From NCBI GenBank assembly GCA_965237415.1, contig CBDEFM010000002.1, forward strand, positions 1,984,001 through 2,048,000: a DNA stretch of 64,000 nucleotides, in the 5' to 3' direction. A model generated the notes under the pieces. It saw nothing but the letters and a program-made list of their open reading frames with translations, ran no database searches and was not told the origin of the DNA. The position numbers and the translations under genes are program-made. The stretch is from Alphaproteobacteria bacterium (lineage in GTDB: Bacteria; Pseudomonadota; Alphaproteobacteria; UBA828). Of this stretch, positions 58,509-64,000 are shown piece after piece; position 1 is the first letter of the stretch; the number at the start of each line of letters is the position of its first letter.

Positions 58509-59192
58509 ATGAAGAAGGCCCAGGTCACCGAGTTCTTCGAGCGGCTTGCTGCGCATATCGAAGCGCCGACCACCGAGCTCGACTACCGCAACCCCTATAC
58601 GCTTCTGGTCGCCGTGGTCCTCTCCGCGCAGGCGACCGACAAGGGCGTCAACAAGGCGACCAAGGCGCTCTTCGCCGAGGTCGAGACGCCGGCCGCAATG
58701 CTCACGCTCGGCGAGGCGCGGCTCAAGGAGCACATCAAGACCATCGGTCTCTTCAATACGAAGGCCAAGAACGTGATCGCGCTCAGCCGGGCGCTGGTCG
58801 AGGAGCATGGCGGCGAGGTGCCGAACGATCGGGCGGCGCTCGAGGCGCTTCCCGGAGTCGGCCGCAAGACCGCGAACGTGGTGCTCAACACGGTCTTCGG
58901 CGAGCCTACCATCGCCGTCGACACCCACATCTTCCGGCTCGCGAACCGCAGCGGCCTCGCGCCCGGAAAGACGCCCCGCGCAGTCGAAGACGGCCTCAAC
59001 CGCATCGTGCCCGAGCGCTTCAAGCAGCACGCGCATCATTGGTTGATCCTGCACGGCCGCTATGTCTGCAAGGCAAGGACGCCGGATTGCCCGGCCTGTG
59101 CCGTCCGCGATCTATGCCGCTACAAGGCCAAGACGACCGCGGAGGCCGCCCCGCCGTCACGGGGCGGAAGAAAGAAAGCGAAACCGGGCTAA
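58509..59192 (+). CDS. nth: Endonuclease III
   Basis: LSAQATD, LPGVGRKTAN, VDTH, C-terminal 4Fe-4S cysteines. Confidence 0.97.
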   Translation: MKKAQVTEFFERLAAHIEAPTTELDYRNPYTLLVAVVLSAQATDKGVNKATKALFAEVETPAAMLTLGEARLKEHIKTIGLFNTKAKNVIALSRALVEEHGGEVPNDRAALEALPGVGRKTANVVLNTVFGEPTIAVDTHIFRLANRSGLAPGKTPRAVEDGLNRIVPERFKQHAHHWLILHGRYVCKARTPDCPACAVRDLCRYKAKTTAEAAPPSRGGRKKAKPG

Positions 59193-59221
59193 CTGGTGCC
59201 GGAGCGGCCGCGGCGGGCGGT

Positions 59222-59815
59222 TTAGTCCCCCTGCGACGCCGCCTGCGCTTCTTCTGCAGGAGGCAGCGCGACCGGCTGCAGATCGGCTTCCCGATCCGCC
59301 GGATCGTACTCGGACTTCCCTTCGATGCGCCCGCCCCGCTCGACCTCGAGTTGGCCGTAGCGGATGATCCCGGAAACGCGGCCCGACGCCCTGATGAAGA
59401 GCCGCTTCTTCACCTTGAGCTCGCCCTCGAACGACCCGGCGATGTCGGCATTGTCCACCGTCCCGGTGCCCTTGAAGGTGCCGCCCTTCACGATCTCGAG
59501 CAGGCGCCCGTCCGGCATCGAGGCTTCGACCGTTCCCTCGACAGTCAGACGCTCGCAATCGAGGACAGTGCCGCCGCTGATGGTCGTTTCCCGCCCGACA
59601 GTGAGCCGCTTGGGGTCGCTCTCAACGCGCCCAGGCGCATCGGCCGGCATGGGGTCGGGGGGCGCGCCGCGAGGAACATCCGGGTGGAAGACGACGGTCT
59701 TGTTCGGCACCCCGCGCCGCGTCGATTCGACGACAACGGACGGCGCGCCGCGTTCCTCCCCGCCGTCCAGACTCCGACCTTCCTCTTCCTGGTCCCCGCT
59801 CTTGCGCCGGAACAT
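59222..59815 (-). CDS. Bactofilin (polymer-forming cytoskeletal protein)
   Basis: Beta-helix repeats LTVGRETTISG...GRVSGIIRYGQLEVERGGRIEG. Confidence 0.88.
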   Translation of the reverse strand: MFRRKSGDQEEEGRSLDGGEERGAPSVVVESTRRGVPNKTVVFHPDVPRGAPPDPMPADAPGRVESDPKRLTVGRETTISGGTVLDCERLTVEGTVEASMPDGRLLEIVKGGTFKGTGTVDNADIAGSFEGELKVKKRLFIRASGRVSGIIRYGQLEVERGGRIEGKSEYDPADREADLQPVALPPAEEAQAASQGD

Positions 59816-60107
59816 ATCTTCCTCCGCCGTTTGATCGCGGCAGCGCTGCCGGACCGCTCCGCTCTTCTGGCGCGCCGTCCTCGCCGGCCGTGGCGGCCGC
59901 TCTGGCGGACACGGCGGGCGGTGCTGGCTGGTCCGGGGCCGGTCCCCGACAGTAAAGCGAGACCCACGCCTAAGCAAACAAATTGGGCCCCCTCCTGCTG
60001 GAACACCGGCACGCCCCGTGCCACCATGCGCGGCCCTTGAGCGCCGGTTTCCGCCAGGACGGGCGCAGGGCACAGCACGAACTGCTCTCTACGTTTGGAA
60101 TGACGGC

Positions 60108-60887
60108 ATGGCAGCTAAGCGCCAGCAATCCAGCACGGCCCAGCCCGGCGAGCGCATTGCCAAGCGGATCGCGCGGGCCGGGCTCTGCTCACGCCGCGAC
60201 GCCGAGCGTCTGATCGCCGCCGGCCGGGTGGCCTTGGGCGGCAAGATCGTGCGGGATCCGGCAATCAACGTCGATGACGCGAGCATCGTCACCGTGGATG
60301 GCGCGCCGCTCCCGGCCGAGGCCCCGACCCGGCTCTGGCGCTATCACAAGCCGCCGGGTCTCATCACCAGCCATCGGGATCCGCAAGGGCGGCCCACTGT
60401 GTTCGAAAAGGTGGCGGAGCGCCTCGGCTATGTCGTCTCGGCGGGGCGGCTTGACTTCAACTCCGAGGGGCTGCTGCTGCTGACCAACGACGGGGCGCTC
60501 GCGCGCGAGCTCGAGCACCCGTCGCGCGGCTGGCGGCGGCGCTATCGGGTCCGGGTGCACGGCGCGCCCGACGAGGGTGCGCTCTCCGCCCTTGGGCAGG
60601 GCATCACTGTGGACGGTGTCCGCTACGGGCCGATCCAGGCGGAGCTCGATCGGCAAAACCGGCAGAATGCCTGGCTTACCCTCTCGCTCACCGAGGGCCG
60701 CTACCGGGAGATCCGCATCATTCTGGCGCATCTCGGCCTCTCCGTGAACCGTTTGATCCGCACGGCCTACGGGCCCTTCCAGCTCGGCGGACTGCCGCGC
60801 GGGGAGATCGCCGAAATACCGCCGCGCGTGCTGCGCGAGCAGCTCGGCGGCAAGGAGCGCCGGGCACGTGCGAATCGTCGGCGGTAG
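60108..60887 (+). CDS. rRNA pseudouridine synthase (RluB/RsuA family)
   Basis: S4 domain ERIAKRIARAGLCSRR, HKPPG, GRLDFNSEGLLLLTNDG. Confidence 0.93.
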   Translation: MAAKRQQSSTAQPGERIAKRIARAGLCSRRDAERLIAAGRVALGGKIVRDPAINVDDASIVTVDGAPLPAEAPTRLWRYHKPPGLITSHRDPQGRPTVFEKVAERLGYVVSAGRLDFNSEGLLLLTNDGALARELEHPSRGWRRRYRVRVHGAPDEGALSALGQGITVDGVRYGPIQAELDRQNRQNAWLTLSLTEGRYREIRIILAHLGLSVNRLIRTAYGPFQLGGLPRGEIAEIPPRVLREQLGGKERRARANRRR

Positions 60888-61431
60888 CCTGCGCGGCCGG
60901 CGCCTGCGCCCGCCCGCAGGCGCGCGCGTGCGACCCACCGCTGAGCGAGCGCGGGAGGCCCTGTTCGACATCCTCATCCATGGCGGCATGTCGGCGCCCC
61001 TGGAAGGTGCCCTGGTCGTCGATCTGTTCGCCGGCACCGGCGCCCTCGGCCTGGAGGCGCTCTCCCGCCGTGCGGCACACCTCACCGCCGTCGAGAGCGA
61101 AGCCGACGTGCGCGGGGTGCTCCGCGCCAATATCGAGGCCCTGGGCTGCACCGACCGGGCGACGGTCATCGCCGCCGACGCGACCCGCTTACCGCCTGCG
61201 CTCGGGGTTTGCGATCTGGCGCTGCTGGACCCGCCCTACCGTGCCGGCCTCACGACATTGGCGCTCGACGCCCTCGTGGACGGCGGTTGGCTGACCGATG
61301 CGGCGACCGTCGTGGTCGAGCACGCGATGGACGACCCCTTCGAGCCACCGGCGGCACTCACGGTGCGGGACCGCCGCCGCTACGGAAAGACCGGCCTCAC
61401 CTTCCTCTCGTGCGGGCCAACTCCGGGCTAG
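60868..61431 (+). CDS. rsmD: 16S rRNA m2G966 methyltransferase
   Basis: RIVGG, RPT, DLFAGTGALG, DPPY, YGKT. Confidence 0.93.
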   Translation: MRIVGGSLRGRRLRPPAGARVRPTAERAREALFDILIHGGMSAPLEGALVVDLFAGTGALGLEALSRRAAHLTAVESEADVRGVLRANIEALGCTDRATVIAADATRLPPALGVCDLALLDPPYRAGLTTLALDALVDGGWLTDAATVVVEHAMDDPFEPPAALTVRDRRRYGKTGLTFLSCGPTPG

Positions 61432-63308
61432 CCCGGCCCGGCTCGTTCGAGCGCCTCGGCCGCGGCGAGCCAATCGCCCTCGGCCGCCGCCTCCTCCCGT
61501 TTCGCCTCCGCCAGTTCCTTGCCCAAGGCGGCGATCTGCGGGGCGTCGTTCTCGCGGGCGGCGGAGGCAAGAGCCGTCTGGAGGGCCTGCTGCGCTTCCT
61601 GGGCGCGTGCGAGCCGTTGCTCTGCCGCGGCGACGGCATCCTTGAGGGGTTTGCGCTCGGCACGCGCCGCTGCCGCCGCCTGCCGCGCGGCCTTGCGCTT
61701 AGGCGACGGGCGGGTCTCGCGGGTGTCGCCGTTCTCGCGCCGCGCACCGACGCTGCCAAGGATCTCGGCGCGATAATCGGCGAGATCGCCGTCGTAGGGC
61801 CGCACCGTGCCGCCCTGCACGAGCCACAATCGATCGGCCACAAGCTGAACGAGATGCATGTCGTGCGTGATCAGGACGACCGCGCCGTCGTAAACATCGA
61901 GCGCCTCGACCAGCGCGCGCCGGCTCTGGATGTCGAGATGGTTGGTCGGCTCGTCGAGCACCAGCAACTGCGGCGCTTGGCTGGAGATGAGCGCAAAGTT
62001 GAGCCGCGCCTTCTCCCCGCCCGAAAGCGCTGCAACCGCCACATCCGCCTTCTCCCCGCCGAAGCCGAAGGCGCCGAGGCGCGCGCGGATGCGATCGGGT
62101 GCGGCGTTGGGCATGAGGCGCGCCAGGTGGCTGAACGCCGTGCCCGCCGGCTCCAGCATGTCGATCTGATGCTGCGCGAAATAGCCGACCGCGAGCTTGG
62201 GCACCCGTGTCACGGTGCCCCGCTCCAGCGGCAGCAGGTCCGCCAACAGCTTGGCGAAGGTGGACTTGCCGTTGCCGTTTGCGCCGAGGAGCGCAACCCG
62301 TTCGCCTGGGTCGATCCGCAGGTCTAAGCCGCGCAGCACAGGACGGCCCGGCTCATAGCCGACGGCGACGTCCGCAAGGCTCATCAACGGCGGCGCGAGT
62401 GTGGCGGGTTCGGGGAACGTCAGGTCGGGCGTCCGCTCATCGGCCGCAACCGGCTCGTCGGCGAGCTTCGCGAGTGCCTTGATGCGGCTCTGGGCCTGAC
62501 GGGCCTTGCTCGCGTTGTAGCGGAAGCGGTCGACGAAGCCCTGGAGCTGGCGCCGCTTCGCGTCGATGCGTGCCTGGCGCGCCTTTGCCGCGGCGACGCT
62601 CTCGGCATGGGCTTTCGCGAAGCGCGTGTAGTTGCCGGGGTAGAGGGTGAGGCCCCCGCCCGCCATATGCAGGATGCCGTCCGGCACGGCATCGAGCAGG
62701 GTGCGGTCATGGCTCACGACGACGAGCGACCGGGGATAGCGCTTCAGATGCGATTCCAGCCATGCGGCCGCCTCGAGATCGAGGTGGTTGGTCGGCTCGT
62801 CCAGCAGCAGCAGGTCGGGCTCGACGAAGAGCGCGGCAGCGAGCGCGACCCGCATGCGCCAACCGCCGGAGAGATCCGCGAGCGGCACCTGTTGCATCGC
62901 CTCGTCGATGCCGAGGCCGGCGAGAAGGCGCGCGGCGCGCGCCGGTGCTGCGTGCGCGCCGATCTCCGCGAGACGGACCTCGATCTCGGCGCGGCGCGCG
63001 CCACAGGCGCCCTCCGTCTCGGCGATCAGGCCTGCGCGTTCCTCGTGCGCGACGAGCACGGCGGCGCGCGGCGTCATCGGGCCGCCGGGCACCTCTTGGT
63101 CGACCAACCTGACGGATAGGCCGCGGGCGCGGACGATCGCGCCTTCATCGGGGTCGAGCCGGCTTGCAATGAGGCGAAGCAGGGTCGTCTTGCCGCAGCC
63201 ATTGCGCCCCACCAGCCCGCGCCTCTGGCGTGCGCCGATTTGCGCGGTCACGCCCTCGAACAGAAGGCGCCCCTCAACGCGGTAAGCGATGTTCTGAATG
63301 GTCAGCAT
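61428..63308 (-). CDS. ABC-F family ATP-binding protein
   Basis: Two NBDs (GRNGCGKTT/LSGGWRMR; GANGNGKST/LSGGEKAR), DEPTNHLD twice, no TM segments. Confidence 0.95.
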   Translation of the reverse strand: MLTIQNIAYRVEGRLLFEGVTAQIGARQRRGLVGRNGCGKTTLLRLIASRLDPDEGAIVRARGLSVRLVDQEVPGGPMTPRAAVLVAHEERAGLIAETEGACGARRAEIEVRLAEIGAHAAPARAARLLAGLGIDEAMQQVPLADLSGGWRMRVALAAALFVEPDLLLLDEPTNHLDLEAAAWLESHLKRYPRSLVVVSHDRTLLDAVPDGILHMAGGGLTLYPGNYTRFAKAHAESVAAAKARQARIDAKRRQLQGFVDRFRYNASKARQAQSRIKALAKLADEPVAADERTPDLTFPEPATLAPPLMSLADVAVGYEPGRPVLRGLDLRIDPGERVALLGANGNGKSTFAKLLADLLPLERGTVTRVPKLAVGYFAQHQIDMLEPAGTAFSHLARLMPNAAPDRIRARLGAFGFGGEKADVAVAALSGGEKARLNFALISSQAPQLLVLDEPTNHLDIQSRRALVEALDVYDGAVVLITHDMHLVQLVADRLWLVQGGTVRPYDGDLADYRAEILGSVGARRENGDTRETRPSPKRKAARQAAAAARAERKPLKDAVAAAEQRLARAQEAQQALQTALASAARENDAPQIAALGKELAEAKREEAAAEGDWLAAAEALERAGPG

Positions 63309-63444
63309 GGGTGCCCAGATATCTGCGTCGTCAGTGCCCGCGACGCAAGGCCCGACGGGGCATCGCGCGCCTGCGCGCGTAGACGCGCGACGCCGCCCGA
63401 TGTGCGACAATGGCAGCCGACACAGGGATGAGGGGGAACGCTAC

Positions 63445-63777
63445 ATGCTGATTGTCGCTGTCGTTTTCGAGTTCGTGCCCGGCGGGTTCGACCGCATCAA
63501 GGCGGAGGTTCTCGATGCCATCGAGAATTCGCGCAAGGAACCGGGCGCCCAAATTTATGACTGGGCCATCGACGTCACCGCGCCCAACCGGGCCATCATC
63601 TTCGAGGTGTGGGACGATCAGGCCGCCCTCGATGCGCATTTCACCCATCCCTACATGGATACCCTCGTCGCGGCGCTCAGCGCGGCCAACATCCGCGGCG
63701 ATATCACCCATTACTCGGCGGAGATTTATGATGTGAGCGGCAAGCGCGACATGGGCTTCCGGCTGCCGACCGAATAG
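63445..63777 (+). CDS. Antibiotic biosynthesis monooxygenase (ABM)-family protein
   Basis: SRKEPG...FEVWDDQAALDAHF. Confidence 0.85.
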   Translation: MLIVAVVFEFVPGGFDRIKAEVLDAIENSRKEPGAQIYDWAIDVTAPNRAIIFEVWDDQAALDAHFTHPYMDTLVAALSAANIRGDITHYSAEIYDVSGKRDMGFRLPTE

Positions 63778-63809
63778 GACCGAATAGGCCTCGTCGAAGG
63801 CAGATCGCC

Positions 63810-64000
63810 ATGAGTGCCGGCCCCATCGCGCCGCCCTTCGACGAGGGCGATGCCCGCGCCATCGTCCAGGCGTTCGAGGAAGCGTGGAACCGCAGGGTCG
63901 CGGAAGAGATTCCCGAGACCTGCACGCCGGATACGCGCTGGCGCTATCGCGATGCGTTCGTCGAAGGACGGGACAATATCGTGCCGTTCCTGCGCGCGCG
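63810..64000 (+). CDS. DUF1348/SnoaL-like NTF2-fold protein (cut by the window edge)
   Basis: MSAGPIAPPFDEGDARAIVQAFEEAWN...TPDTRWRYRDAFVEGRDNIVPFL. Confidence 0.7.
   Translation, partial: MSAGPIAPPFDEGDARAIVQAFEEAWNRRVAEEIPETCTPDTRWRYRDAFVEGRDNIVPFLRA

Overview
GC-rich (roughly 65-70%, estimated by eye) alphaproteobacterial, Rhodospirillales-like chromosomal segment. Housekeeping blocks: ppiD/tpiA-secG-pyrG-kdsA, thrB-rnhA, sucCDAB-lpdA, sdhCDAB-mdh, nth, bactofilin, RluB-like synthase, rsmD and ABC-F. Respiratory and catabolic modules: a complete clade I nosRZDFYLX operon behind an FNR-type box, aprMBA-sat preceded by a di-heme peroxidase-family gene, an indolepyruvate:ferredoxin oxidoreductase-family gene, and a hydantoinase B protein fused to an acetone-carboxylase-gamma-like domain. 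There are three mobile-DNA hot spots (about 7.9-8.9 kb, 29.2-32.4 kb and 51.2-53.9 kb). Most notable: (1) an orphan Mu gp27/DUF3486-like gene bracketed by a hairpin and AATCCCACTT tandem repeats, with a gene-less mini-copy of the same two motifs 21 kb away, a candidate undescribed mobile module; (2) a 263-bp MITE inside the first codons of tpiA whose terminal repeat supplies a replacement ATG, with related ends at other stop codons; (3) an IS1595 with passenger genes that split a hicBA-like toxin gene yet leaves an in-frame ATG; (4) a probable 21-kb inversion that separated mdh from sucC. All family calls come from recognising motifs by eye; no database searches were run.
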